Shown: positions 48,945-59,163, numbered from the stretch's first letter. The stretch: DNA of 64,000 nt from Candidatus Aminicenantes bacterium (GCA_963702005.1 OY969696.1:2848001-2912000), one strand, 5' to 3'. Notes: generated from the letters alone by a model not told the origin. Numbers and translations are program-made.

Positions 48945-49841
48945 ATGAAAAAAATCCTCGTCGCCGATAAGCTCGATCAGGAATCCCTGGACCGGCTCAA
49001 GGCAATCCCGGGTTTCGAAGTCACCGTCAAGACGGGTCTGGACGAGGCCGCCCTCGTCCAGACCATTCCCGGCTTCAACGCGGTCGTCGTCCGAAGCGCG
49101 ACCAAGATCACGCGCCCGGTCATCGAGGCCGCCCAAGGCTTGGAGATGATCGTGAGGGCCGGTATCGGGCTCGACAACGTCGACGCGGCCGCGGCCAAGG
49201 AGAAAGGGATCAAGGTCGCCAACACGCCCGCCGCCACGACGATCACGGTCGCCGAGCACACCTTCGGGCTCATGCTGGGCGCCGTCCGCCAGCACGGCCA
49301 GGCCAACCTGACCATGAAGCAGCACAAGTGGGAGAAGAAGGCGTTCAGCGGGAGCGAGCTCTACGGGAAAACGCTGGGCGTCATCGGGATGGGCCGGATC
49401 GGACAGGCCGTCGCCGAACGGGCCGTCGCCTTCGGGATGAAGGCCGTCGGCTACGACATCATCCCCGTTCAGTCGAGCGTCATGAAGCAGGTCCCGCTCG
49501 ACGAGCTGGTGGCCCAGGCGGACGTTATCACGCTCCACATCCCCAAGACGCAGGGCCCGGTCCTCGGCCCGGCCGAGTTCGCCAAGATGAAGAAGGGCGT
49601 CATCATCGTCAACGTCGCCCGGGGAGGGACGGTCGACGAGAAGGCGCTCCTCGAGGGGCTCGTCAGCGGCCGGGTCAGGGCCGCCGCCCTCGACGTCTTC
49701 AGCAAGGAGCCGCCCGAGGATTGGACGCTGATCGATCATCCCAACGTGACCGCGGCGCCCCACATCGGGGCCGCCACCGAGGAAGGCCAGAAGCGGGCCG
49801 GCCTCGAGGTCGTCAAGATCCTCAAGGAGAAACTCGCCTAG
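48945..49841 (+). CDS. serA: D-3-phosphoglycerate dehydrogenase-like, no ACT domain
   Basis: VRSATK, RAG.G.DNVD, G.GRIG, N.ARGG, LDVF..EP, PHIGA.T.E. Confidence 0.75.
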   Translation: MKKILVADKLDQESLDRLKAIPGFEVTVKTGLDEAALVQTIPGFNAVVVRSATKITRPVIEAAQGLEMIVRAGIGLDNVDAAAAKEKGIKVANTPAATTITVAEHTFGLMLGAVRQHGQANLTMKQHKWEKKAFSGSELYGKTLGVIGMGRIGQAVAERAVAFGMKAVGYDIIPVQSSVMKQVPLDELVAQADVITLHIPKTQGPVLGPAEFAKMKKGVIIVNVARGGTVDEKALLEGLVSGRVRAAALDVFSKEPPEDWTLIDHPNVTAAPHIGAATEEGQKRAGLEVVKILKEKLA

Positions 49842-49859
49842 TAATAATTATCTTTGCCC

Positions 49860-50451
49860 GCTCCGGCTCTCAGACGGCGCAAGGCCTGTTTAAAACGGGA
49901 GCTGAAGCCTGCCCCGACTGAGAAGAACCAGTGCTGGAGCATGGATTTTATGTCGGACGAGCTTTTCGACGGCCGGCGGATCCGGATCTTAACGTTAATG
50001 GGAAGCCTCGAACGATCCAGGTCGACAACGGTCCCGAGTTCATCTCCAAGGATGTCGATCTGTGGGCTTACTGGAATCATGTGAAGCTTGACTTCAGCCG
50101 TCCCGGCAAGCCTACGGACAACGCTTATATCGAATCTTTCAATGCCAGGTTCCGGCTGGAGTGTTTGAATGAGCACTGGTTCATGAGTTTGGAGGACGCC
50201 CGGGAAAAAACGGAGGCATGGAGGCGGGACTACAGCCAGAACCGTCCGCACAGCTCACTAGGAAACGTGCCGCCGGAGGAATTTGCGACACGGAAAGGAG
50301 CCGCCGAAGCCGGAAAAATACGGCTCGAAGAGGCTAACAACGATGACTCACAAAATATTTTTCTAACCTAAAAAATGGACCAAACCAGGGGGCAAGTCCG
50401 AATGCTTGAAAACCTCACTACAGAGGTGGTACATTGAGCGGGGGTAGGTCA
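49860..50451 (+). mobile_element. IS3-family (IS407-like) remnant, internally deleted OrfB with right end
   Basis: WSMDFMSD, DNGPEF, PGKPTDNAYIESFN.R.R.E.LN, RPHSSL; ends GGGGGTAGGTCA at 50451. Confidence 0.88.
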
Positions 50452-50542
50452 GTCCGGCCGGCGATACTATTCCATCGTGATCGGGAGGGGAGATTCATCA
50501 CGCGGGGCGGCTTTTCACCACGTTATCTTAAGGAGGCGTGAG

Positions 50543-51892
50543 ATGAAAAAGAGGATTTGGATGGTAATCAGTTTAATCCTTGCGGTTGTTCCCCTGTTGC
50601 TTCCCCTGGAAGGGGGGGGCGTTCTTACACCACTGGAGAAGTGGGTGGCGAGGTACAACGGGCCAGCTAACGGAAGCGATTGTGCAGCGGCCATTGCCGT
50701 GGACAGCTCGGGCAATGTCTATGTCACCGGACAGAGTATGGGTTCAGTCGGCAATTACGACTACGCCACCATCAAGTACAACGCAAACGGCAAACCGCTC
50801 TGGGCAAGAAGGTCCAACGGGCCAGGTAACGGCTATAATAGCCCGGGGGCCATTGCCGTGGACGGCTCGGGCAATGTCTATGTCACCGGAAGGAGCTCGG
50901 GTTCAGGCACCAGGGACGACTATGCCACCATCAAGTACAACGCAAACGGCGAACAACTCTGGGTCAGAAGATACAACGGACCGGGTAACAGGAATGATGG
51001 CGCCAGGGCTATTGCGGTGGACGGCACGGGCAATGTTTATGTCACCGGATCCAGCTGGGGCTCAGCCACCGATTACGACTACGCCACTATCAAGTACAAC
51101 ACAAACGGCAAACAGCTCTGGGCAAGCAGGTACAATGGGCCAGGCAACGGCTATGATAGCCCCGAGGCCATTGCCGTGGACGGTTCGGGCAATGTCTATG
51201 TCACCGGATGGGGCCTAGGCTCAGATCACACTGACGACTACGCGACCGTCAAGTACGGCGTAAACGGAAAACAGCTCTGGGCTAAAAGTTACAACGGGCC
51301 AAGTCACATCAGGGATCGAGCGCGGGCTATTGCCGTGGACGGCTCGGGCAATGTCTATGTCACCGGAAGTGGATGCTCAGGCAACTTTTACGACTACGTC
51401 ACCATTAAGTACGGCACAAACGGCAACCAACTCTGGGTCAACGCATACAATGGGCCAGGCAACGGCAATGATGAGGCAACGGGCATTGCGGTGGACGGCT
51501 CGGGCAATGTCTATGTCACCGGAGCGAGCGCGGTCTCAGGCGTCATTTACGACTATGCCACCGTCAAGTACGGCGCTAACGGCAAACAGCTCTGGGTCAC
51601 AAGATACAATGGACCGGCTAACGACGATGATGAGGCAAAGGCCATTGCCGTGGACGGTTCGGGCAATGTCTATGTCACCGGATTGAGCTGGGGCTCTGGC
51701 ACCGGATACGACTATGCCACTCTCAAGTACGACACAAGCGGCAAACAGCTTTGGGTCAAAAGATATAGCGGGCCGGCTAAAGGCGAAGATTTTGCAGCGG
51801 CCATTGCCGTAGACGGCTCGGGTAATGTCTATGTCACCGGAGAGAGCGCGGGCTCGGGCGCCGGTTACGACTACGCCACTATCAAGTATTGA
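50543..51892 (+). CDS. Secreted SBBP-repeat beta-propeller, 8 repeats (copy 1)
   Basis: AGGAGG RBS, signal peptide, 8 x W..RYNGP.N..D...AIAVD.SGNVYVTG.....DYATIKY. Confidence 0.9.
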   Translation: MKKRIWMVISLILAVVPLLLPLEGGGVLTPLEKWVARYNGPANGSDCAAAIAVDSSGNVYVTGQSMGSVGNYDYATIKYNANGKPLWARRSNGPGNGYNSPGAIAVDGSGNVYVTGRSSGSGTRDDYATIKYNANGEQLWVRRYNGPGNRNDGARAIAVDGTGNVYVTGSSWGSATDYDYATIKYNTNGKQLWASRYNGPGNGYDSPEAIAVDGSGNVYVTGWGLGSDHTDDYATVKYGVNGKQLWAKSYNGPSHIRDRARAIAVDGSGNVYVTGSGCSGNFYDYVTIKYGTNGNQLWVNAYNGPGNGNDEATGIAVDGSGNVYVTGASAVSGVIYDYATVKYGANGKQLWVTRYNGPANDDDEAKAIAVDGSGNVYVTGLSWGSGTGYDYATLKYDTSGKQLWVKRYSGPAKGEDFAAAIAVDGSGNVYVTGESAGSGAGYDYATIKY

Positions 51893-51926
51893 TAATTGAA
51901 CCGGTTAGGCTTATTAGCGCATAGAA

Positions 51927-51956
51927 TTGACATCGCCGCCCGGCCGGCGATACTAT
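51927..51956 (+). promoter_or_regulatory. Sigma70-like promoter at the junction of the tandem units
   Basis: TTGACA (51927-51932), 18 bp, TACTAT (51951-51956). Confidence 0.65.
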
Positions 51957-52028
51957 TCCAGCGTGATCAGGAGGGGAGATCCACCACCCGGGACGGCTTT
52001 TCACCACGTTATTTTAAGGAGGCGTGAG

Positions 52029-53405
52029 ATGAAAAAGAGGGTTTGGATAGTAATCAGCTTAATCCTTGCGGTTGTTCCCCTGTTGATTCCCCTGGAAGGG
52101 GGGCACCGCCTTGCCCCACTGAGGAAGTGGGTGGCGAGATACAACGGGCCAGCCAACGGCGATGATGTAGTAAATGCCATTGCTGTAGACGGCTCGGGCA
52201 ATATCTATGTCACGGGGAGGAGCTGGGGCTCAGGCACCGATTACGACTACGCCACCATCAAGTACAACACAAGCGGCAAACAGCTCTGGGCAAAAAGGTA
52301 CAACGGGCCGGTTAACGACGAAGATTTTGCAGCGGCTATTACTGTAGACGGTTCGGGCAATGTCTATGTCACCGGACGCAGCTTAGTATCAGGCTCCGGA
52401 CCCGAAGACGTACCTATCTACGACTATGCGACCATCAAGTACAGCCCAAACGGCATACAACTCTGGGTCAACAGGTACGATGGGCCGGGTAACGGCGATG
52501 ATCAGGCAACGAGCGTTGCGGTGGACGGCACGGGCAATGTCTATATCACCGGATCGAGCGGCAGCGACTATGCGACCATTAAATATAATCCAAACGGCAA
52601 ACAGCTCTGGGTTAAAAGGTATAATGGGCCTGGTAATCAAGGGGATGGCGCAACGGCCATGGCCGTGGACCGCTCGGGCAATGTCTATGTCACCGGATCG
52701 AGCGCTGGTTTAGGCACCAGTTACGACTACGCCACTATCAAGTACGACACAAACGGCCAACAGCTCTGGGTCAGAAGGTATAACGGGCCTGATAACAACG
52801 GGGATGCCGCAAGTGCCATTGCTGTAGACGGCGCCGGCAATGCCTTTGTCACCGGACATAGTTTGGGTTTAGAGACCTATCAAGACTACGTCACCATCAA
52901 GTACAGCCCAAGCGGCAAACAGCTCTGGACTAGAAGATACAACGGCCCAGCGAACGGCAGTGATTATGCCAATGCCATTGCCGTGGACGGCTCGGGCAAT
53001 GTCTATGTCACCGGATCGAGCGGGGGCTCAGTTCCCCATAACTATTACGATTACGCCACTATCAAGTACAGCGCAAACGGCCAACAGCTCTGGGAAAACA
53101 GGTACAACGGACCAGCTAACAGCTGGGATGAAGCCAGGGCCATTGCCGTGGACCCTTCAGGCAATGTCTTTGTCACCGGAGGAAGCGCGGCCTTAGGCAC
53201 CTGGCACTGGGACGACTACACCACCATCAAGTACAACGCAAGCGGCCAACAGCTCTGGATAGACAGGTTCGATGGGCCAGGGAATGATGCTTATGACGAG
53301 GATACGGCAACGGCCATTGCGGTAGACCGTTCGGGCAATGTCTATGTCACCGGATGGAGCATGGGCTCAGGCACCGGTTTCGACTACGCCACCATTAAGT
53401 ATTAA
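52029..53405 (+). CDS. Secreted SBBP-repeat beta-propeller, 8 repeats (copy 2)
   Basis: Same architecture and signal peptide as copy 1. Confidence 0.9.
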   Translation: MKKRVWIVISLILAVVPLLIPLEGGHRLAPLRKWVARYNGPANGDDVVNAIAVDGSGNIYVTGRSWGSGTDYDYATIKYNTSGKQLWAKRYNGPVNDEDFAAAITVDGSGNVYVTGRSLVSGSGPEDVPIYDYATIKYSPNGIQLWVNRYDGPGNGDDQATSVAVDGTGNVYITGSSGSDYATIKYNPNGKQLWVKRYNGPGNQGDGATAMAVDRSGNVYVTGSSAGLGTSYDYATIKYDTNGQQLWVRRYNGPDNNGDAASAIAVDGAGNAFVTGHSLGLETYQDYVTIKYSPSGKQLWTRRYNGPANGSDYANAIAVDGSGNVYVTGSSGGSVPHNYYDYATIKYSANGQQLWENRYNGPANSWDEARAIAVDPSGNVFVTGGSAALGTWHWDDYTTIKYNASGQQLWIDRFDGPGNDAYDEDTATAIAVDRSGNVYVTGWSMGSGTGFDYATIKY

Positions 53406-53452
53406 CAATTGAACCGGATAGGCGGATTAGCGTAAAGAATTGACATCGTCGC

Positions 53453-53735
53453 CCGGCCGACGAGAAACGCCAGCACCTCCCGGGCGAAGATCTCCGCCAG
53501 CCGCGAGTCGTCCATTCGCGGGATCTCGTGGAAGACGCCCGCACTCATGAACCGTTTCCGGTTCATGAGTGCGGGCGAAGCGCCGCCTCGTTCAGGCCGC
53601 CCTCGGTCACCAGAAAATGGAGGTGGGGGTGTCAGGATGTGTTCCGTATGACAGTCCGGCAGCGGCGGATCCGGGCGAATCCGCACTTCGGATTGCCGCA
53701 GTCGAGATAGCGCTCGACGACCTCCTTGATGAGGG
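53453..53735 (-). pseudogene. IS91-family transposase fragments
   Basis: Minus strand IKEVVERYLDCGNPKCGFARIR.. then PDCH (Zn-binding domain) and GVFHEIP..DDSRLAEIFAREVLAFLVGR; frameshifted and deleted. Confidence 0.7.
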
Positions 53736-54019
53736 GAGGTCCGGGTGATTTCCGGCTCATCGGCCAGCGCTGACGGCTTCCAGATTGCCCGTCCGCGCTC
53801 TCCAGGTGTCCTTGATATGTTCCCAGCCCTGATTTATGCTTCCCAAAAGTGGCGAGATGGGATAATCGATGCGAAAACGCGTCTCCAACCGGCTCAACAG
53901 AAAACGAAATACCTTCTTTCTAGCCGCGCCGTCGCGGCAGCCGATATTGACCGCCCCAGCTAAAAGAATTAATATTTCAGCAAAGGGAACATCCGGGGTA
54001 TCGAGGAAGGAGGCGTTCC

Positions 54020-56071
54020 ATGAAAAGGGGATTTGTTTTTCTCGCCATCGCACTGGCTCTTGGGCTTTCCGCTCCGGCCGTGGGAGGATCCGGTTCCGGC
54101 TCCCTCATGCCGGTCCCATCCCCTTTCGGGCCGGCGCCGCTCTACTTTATCAGGAACCAAGGTCAGGCTGCGCCCGAGGCGCGTTTCTATGCGAAAACGA
54201 AGGATTATACGCTCTGGCTGACGAAGCAAGAGCTGGTTTTCGACCGGACGAACGGCGCGGCCTCCGGGCTTGTCTTTAAAAATATCAACTCGGATGTCGC
54301 GCTCTCAGCGGTCGACCCTTCGGACTACCGGATCAGTTATTTCTACGGCCGTGACGAGTCCGGCTGGATCACGGACGTTCCAACGTCGAGAGCCGTGCTT
54401 TATACCAATCTCTACGACGGCGTAGACCTCAAGGTCTACGGCACAGAAAAAGAAGTCGAATATGACTGGGTCGTCCGGCCCGGCGCGGACCCCAGCGACA
54501 TCCGGTTTGCCTACGACGGAGCGCCCGCAACGGGAATCAACATCGAGGGAGACCTCGTCGTAAAGACGTCCTCGGGCGAGATCCGGCACCGGAAGCCCGC
54601 GGCCTACCAGGTCATCGACGGCCGGCAGGTGGCCGTGAAGGCATCGTTTAGGAACATCGGCAGAGACGAATTCGCTTTTGCGATCGGCGCCCACGACCGG
54701 CGCTTCGCCCTCATCATCGACCCCGTCGTCCTCGTCTCTTCGACTTACCTGGGAGGTTATTCAGACGATCTCCCTTTCTTTATCAAGCAGGACAATACGG
54801 GCGCGGTCTATATCTCCGGTTTCACCGCGAGCAAGGACTTCCCTCCCTACCATGTCAGCCAACCTCGGGCCGACGGGTTCGTAACCAAGCTTTCGCCCGA
54901 CGGACAAAGCTTGATCTACTCGGACTTCTTTCCGGTTGGAACCGCCATGTCTCCCGTCCCGGCTCTCGCGGTGGACAAAAAAGGATCCGTTTATCTGGCC
55001 GGGACGACCACCAGCCGCAGTTTCCCGCTCAAGAATGCGTTCCAGACGACAAACAGCGGACGTGATGAAGCGTTTTTCCTGAAATTGACGCCGGACGGCA
55101 AGGGCTTGGTCTTCTCTTCTTATCTGGGCGGTTCTGGTTATGACGAAGGCAAGCGCATAGCTCTGGACGCCTCGGGCTCTGTCTATGTGGCAGGCGAAAC
55201 AAACAGCATGGATTTTCCGACCCTAAAAGCCTATAAAAAAATCTCGAGGGGTAACTGGAACGCTTTCGTCTCCAAGTTCGCCTCCGACGGGAAGACCATG
55301 ATCTATTCCACTTATCTGGGAGGCTCTAGCCAGGGGGAGTTAGAACTCCGAGGGCTGACCGTCGACAGCACGGGAGCCGCTTATTTATCAGGTGAGACAG
55401 AAGATAGGGACTTCCCCGTCCAGAATGCGTTCCAACCCAAATATGGAGGGGGCGGGGCAGATTGTTTCATCACGAAGCTTTCCCCAAACGGCGACCGGCT
55501 CGACTATTCCAGCTACCTAGGTGGGTCCAGCGCGGATGAGTCTAATGGGGTGGCTGTCGACAGCGCCGGCGCCGCCTATCTCACGGGGGCTGCGGAGGGC
55601 CCATTCCCCGTCAAAAATGCCTTCCAAAAAAGCCGGAAAGGCAACGCCGACGCTTTCGTCACCAAGTTCGCGCCGGACGGCAAAACCCTGATCTATTCAA
55701 CCTACCTGGGTGGATTTGGCAAGGACTATGGCTTAGGGATCGCCGTCGATGAGAACGGAAACGCCTATATTACAGGATATACAACCAGCCCGAATTTTCC
55801 GATTAAAGATGGTTATCAAACAGTCCACAAAGGCCCAGTGGACGCCTTTTTAACCATCCTGGCGCCGGACGGGAAAAGTCTCATCGCTTCGACCTACTTT
55901 GGGGGCTCTTACCAGGATTACGGCTATAACCCAACGGTCGGTGCCGACGGGACGATCCTGATGGTCGGAGCGACGAACAGCCTCGACTTGCCGACCCTCA
56001 AGCCCTACCAGAAGTCGCTCAAAAACGGCTATGACGGTTTTGTCGCCAAGTTCAAGCTGAAGTCCGATTGA
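54020..56071 (+). CDS. Secreted SBBP-repeat protein with N-terminal DUF7948-like domain
   Basis: FIRNQGQ, LYDGVDL, EYD.VV.PGADP..I, P.AYQ, IDP, repeated YSTYLGG / D..G..Y..G.T.S.DFP. Confidence 0.88.
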   Translation: MKRGFVFLAIALALGLSAPAVGGSGSGSLMPVPSPFGPAPLYFIRNQGQAAPEARFYAKTKDYTLWLTKQELVFDRTNGAASGLVFKNINSDVALSAVDPSDYRISYFYGRDESGWITDVPTSRAVLYTNLYDGVDLKVYGTEKEVEYDWVVRPGADPSDIRFAYDGAPATGINIEGDLVVKTSSGEIRHRKPAAYQVIDGRQVAVKASFRNIGRDEFAFAIGAHDRRFALIIDPVVLVSSTYLGGYSDDLPFFIKQDNTGAVYISGFTASKDFPPYHVSQPRADGFVTKLSPDGQSLIYSDFFPVGTAMSPVPALAVDKKGSVYLAGTTTSRSFPLKNAFQTTNSGRDEAFFLKLTPDGKGLVFSSYLGGSGYDEGKRIALDASGSVYVAGETNSMDFPTLKAYKKISRGNWNAFVSKFASDGKTMIYSTYLGGSSQGELELRGLTVDSTGAAYLSGETEDRDFPVQNAFQPKYGGGGADCFITKLSPNGDRLDYSSYLGGSSADESNGVAVDSAGAAYLTGAAEGPFPVKNAFQKSRKGNADAFVTKFAPDGKTLIYSTYLGGFGKDYGLGIAVDENGNAYITGYTTSPNFPIKDGYQTVHKGPVDAFLTILAPDGKSLIASTYFGGSYQDYGYNPTVGADGTILMVGATNSLDLPTLKPYQKSLKNGYDGFVAKFKLKSD

Positions 56072-56238
56072 CACATCAAGGAGAATCTTGCCTAATCAAC
56101 TTCGCCCGTCCCCGTATTAATTATCATCGACTTTCTTTTGCTGAAGCGCGAGATAAGGCAGCCGGCTAGCTCGACCCCTCGAAGGCCTTATGGCGGGATT
56201 CGTCCGGTTAGAGTAAAATAGCTCGAAGGATTCGAACG

Positions 56239-57393
56239 ATGGTTTATCTCGACAACAACGCCACGACGCCCCTGGACCCGGCCGTCGCCGACAAGATGTG
56301 CTGGTTCCTGCGGGAGCACTTCGGAAACCCCTCCTCCCTCTATCCGATCGGACGAGCCGTCCGGGACCTCCTCCAGGAAGCGCGGGAGAATATCGCCGGG
56401 CAACTCGGCTGCCGGCGAAGCGAGATCGTCTTCACCGGGTCGGGCACCGAGGCCGACAATTTTGCCATCTTCGGAATTCTCGATGCCCACCCCGACAAGA
56501 AAGAAATCGTCGTCTCGGCCATCGAGCATCCGGCCGTGTTGCGGACGGGAAATTATCTCGAGAAGAAAGGCTACCGGGTCGTCTATCTTCCCGTCGATCA
56601 CTACGGGATCGTGGACCTCGACGCCCTCCGGGACGCCCTGACTCCCAACACGGCGCTGGTTTCCATCATGTACGCCAACAACGAGATCGGAACCATCCAG
56701 CCCATTAAGGATATCGTCAAGATCGCGCGGGATAAGGAAGTCCTCGTCCACACCGACGCCGTCCAAGCCTTCGGAAAGATCGAGGTCAAGGTCGGCGACT
56801 TGGGCGTCGACCTGCTGACCGTCGCCTCCCACAAGATCTACGGCCCCAAGGGCGTGGGCGCGCTCTACATCCGAAAAGGAACGGCCATAGGCCCCTATAT
56901 CCATGGCGGTCACCAGGAAAAGGAGCTGAGGGCCGGAACCGAGAATACGATCGGGATCGTCGGGTTCGGCGAGGCGGCTCGGGTCCTGGGCGAGCGCTGG
57001 AAAAAAGACCGCGAGCGGATCGAGAAGCTGGCCGGCCGGCTCAAGGACGGTATCGAAAAAACCGTGCCCAAGGTTCATTTCAACGGCCACCCCGAGCGCC
57101 GGATCAAGAGCACGCTCAACTTCTCGTTCCCGGGCCTGGAGGGCGAGGCGATCCTGCTTTCGCTCGCGACCAAGGAAATCTATGTCTCGACCGGCTCTGC
57201 CTGCAGCGAGGGCTCGGAGGAAGTCTCCCCCGTTCTGGCCGCGATCGGGCTGCGTCCCGAGATCGCCCGGAGCTCGATCCGGATGTCGCTGGGCCGCTTC
57301 AACACGGACGAGGACGTCGCTATCGTGCTCCGGGAACTTCCCGAGATCGTCGACAGGCTCCGTAAAATCTCGTCCTTCGACCCCGAAATTTAG
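56239..57393 (+). CDS. nifS: Cysteine desulfurase, NifS/IscS group I
   Basis: YLDNNATT, GNPSS, HTDAVQ, HKIYGPKG, RAGTEN, STGSAC. Confidence 0.9.
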   Translation: MVYLDNNATTPLDPAVADKMCWFLREHFGNPSSLYPIGRAVRDLLQEARENIAGQLGCRRSEIVFTGSGTEADNFAIFGILDAHPDKKEIVVSAIEHPAVLRTGNYLEKKGYRVVYLPVDHYGIVDLDALRDALTPNTALVSIMYANNEIGTIQPIKDIVKIARDKEVLVHTDAVQAFGKIEVKVGDLGVDLLTVASHKIYGPKGVGALYIRKGTAIGPYIHGGHQEKELRAGTENTIGIVGFGEAARVLGERWKKDRERIEKLAGRLKDGIEKTVPKVHFNGHPERRIKSTLNFSFPGLEGEAILLSLATKEIYVSTGSACSEGSEEVSPVLAAIGLRPEIARSSIRMSLGRFNTDEDVAIVLRELPEIVDRLRKISSFDPEI

Positions 57394-57923
57394 TATCTGA
57401 TTCGCGAGAGGAATATCCTCCGGATCCCCATGAAAAAGGCCGCGTACTCCTCCTGCCGGAAATCGGGATAGGTCCAGTCGAGATATTTGATGCCCGACTT
57501 TGTGAACAGGAGCTCGAGATGGGCGTAGATCCCGTCCCGGAGCGGGACGCGGTGGGCAAAGTCCTTGGTCGTGGCCATGAACAGCGCCGAGGCCGTGATG
57601 AAGCCGGGATCGATGTTGACGACACGGCGCGATTCCCCCGCGGCGGCCCGGATCTCATCCTCCCAGGAGTTGGTCAGAAGCTTGATGTCGCTTAGGCGCT
57701 CCGGCTCCCCGGGCTCCTCGAAACTCAGAAAGATCCGTTTCAGCCCCTCCCCCATCTCCTTTTCGTAATAATCCGTCAGGCGGAAATCGAAGGCGGGGCT
57801 CCGAAGGTCGACCGCCCCGAGCCGGCCGACGAGCCTCTCCTCGGCCTTGGCTAAGATCTCGGGACGCGCAAAGATAATCCCGCAAATATATTTGACGGGA
57901 GAAAACGCCTTGGCTTCGGCCAT
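57390..57923 (-). CDS. DUF4416 family protein
   Basis: TDYY.KEMG..L, R.VNIDPG, ATTK..HR, WTYPD. Confidence 0.85.
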   Translation of the reverse strand: MAEAKAFSPVKYICGIIFARPEILAKAEERLVGRLGAVDLRSPAFDFRLTDYYEKEMGEGLKRIFLSFEEPGEPERLSDIKLLTNSWEDEIRAAAGESRRVVNIDPGFITASALFMATTKDFAHRVPLRDGIYAHLELLFTKSGIKYLDWTYPDFRQEEYAAFFMGIRRIFLSRIRY

Positions 57924-58043
57924 CGGAGTCTTCATGTTAGGGTCAGCGCAAGGACAAGTCAATATTCGACTTGAAACAGTTCCGGCCCGGTTGCCGGCGG
58001 CGGCCGGCCTGGGCTACAATCCGATCAAAGGAGGCTCGGAGCT

Positions 58044-59129
58044 TTGATAAAAACAAGCATCGCCTGCAGTTTATGCGCGACAGGGCTCCTCATCATCAGC
58101 GGAGCGTCTTCACCCCTCTCGCGCGCTCTCCGTCCCCAAGCGGACGGCGTTTCCTGGCAGGTTCAGATCAGCGGGACGACGGCCGGCCTTCGCGGGGTCG
58201 CGGCCGTCAATGACAATGTGGCTTGGGCGAGCGGCACGGACGGAACCTTTCTAAAGACCGTGGACGGAGGCAAAACCTGGACGGCCGGAAGAGTCCCCGG
58301 CGCCGAATCCATGGATTTCCGCGATGTCGAGGCTTGGGACGCCGACACCGCCTGCCTCATGGGAATCGCCCGGCCCGCCCGCATCTTCAGGACCTCCGAC
58401 GGCGGAAAGACCTGGACGGAGCGCTTCCACAACGACGCCGAAGGCATCTTCCTCGACGCGTTCGCCTTCTTCGACGCGACGAGCGGAATCGCCGTCGGCG
58501 ACCCGATGGACGGCCGCTTCATGATCCTGATCACGGATGACGCCGGACTCACCTGGGAGCCCCTGCCCTTTCAGCACAGGCCCGAGGCCTTGGCCGGGGA
58601 AGGCGCCTTCGCCGCCAGCGGCACGTGTCTGACCGTCCTGGGACCGTCCACAGCGTGGTTCTGCACGGGCGGCTCCGCCGCCCGGGTCTTCCGATCCGGG
58701 AGCCGGGGAAGGTCTTGGTCATCGGCCGACTCGCCGCTCGGCGCCGGCACGGCCTCGTCCGGAGGATTCTCGCTCCTGTTCTGGAATGCCGAGGATGGAG
58801 CTATGGTCGGCGGCGATTATAAAAATGAACCCTCTGCGCTCAAGAACGCGGCCGTCAGCCGGGACGGCGGCCGGACCTGGAAGCTCATCGAAGCCGCCGC
58901 CCCGTCCGGTTTCAGGGAATGCGCGGCGATCGTGCCGGGCACCTCGCCGCCGCTCCTCATCGCCGTCGGACCGTCGGGGTCCGACCTCTCGCTCGACGGC
59001 GGCAGGACTTGGACGTCCATCCCCGCACCCTCCGGATTCCACGGCGTCAGCTTCTCAAAAAAAGACAGATCCGGCTGGGCCGTCGGCCGCAACGGTCTGG
59101 TCGCCAAGTGCGTCTTCCGGACCGATTGA
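58044..59129 (+). CDS. BNR/YCF48-like repeat beta-propeller, secreted
   Basis: Repeated T.DGG.TW Asp-boxes, [13 protein letters not shown]. Confidence 0.85.
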   Translation: MIKTSIACSLCATGLLIISGASSPLSRALRPQADGVSWQVQISGTTAGLRGVAAVNDNVAWASGTDGTFLKTVDGGKTWTAGRVPGAESMDFRDVEAWDADTACLMGIARPARIFRTSDGGKTWTERFHNDAEGIFLDAFAFFDATSGIAVGDPMDGRFMILITDDAGLTWEPLPFQHRPEALAGEGAFAASGTCLTVLGPSTAWFCTGGSAARVFRSGSRGRSWSSADSPLGAGTASSGGFSLLFWNAEDGAMVGGDYKNEPSALKNAAVSRDGGRTWKLIEAAAPSGFRECAAIVPGTSPPLLIAVGPSGSDLSLDGGRTWTSIPAPSGFHGVSFSKKDRSGWAVGRNGLVAKCVFRTD

Positions 59130-59163
59130 TTTCGAGTTCCCGTTTCCTTATAATGAGCCAATC

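Larger units (their letters stand above)
50454..53459 (+). repeat. Tandem duplication, two units of 1486 and 1513 bp
   Basis: Near-identical leaders, RBS, signal peptides and 3' flanks; CCGGCCG at 50454, 51940, 53453. Confidence 0.85.

Noticed and set aside
51893-51960. Integron attC site between tandem units
   Set aside because: No clear RYYYAAC...GTTRRRY box pair with extended dyad symmetry and no intI in the window
50640-53400. Regular ~160 bp DNA repeats as CRISPR array or DGR
   Set aside because: They are in-frame protein repeats; no reverse transcriptase, no adenine-specific TR/VR pair, no cas genes
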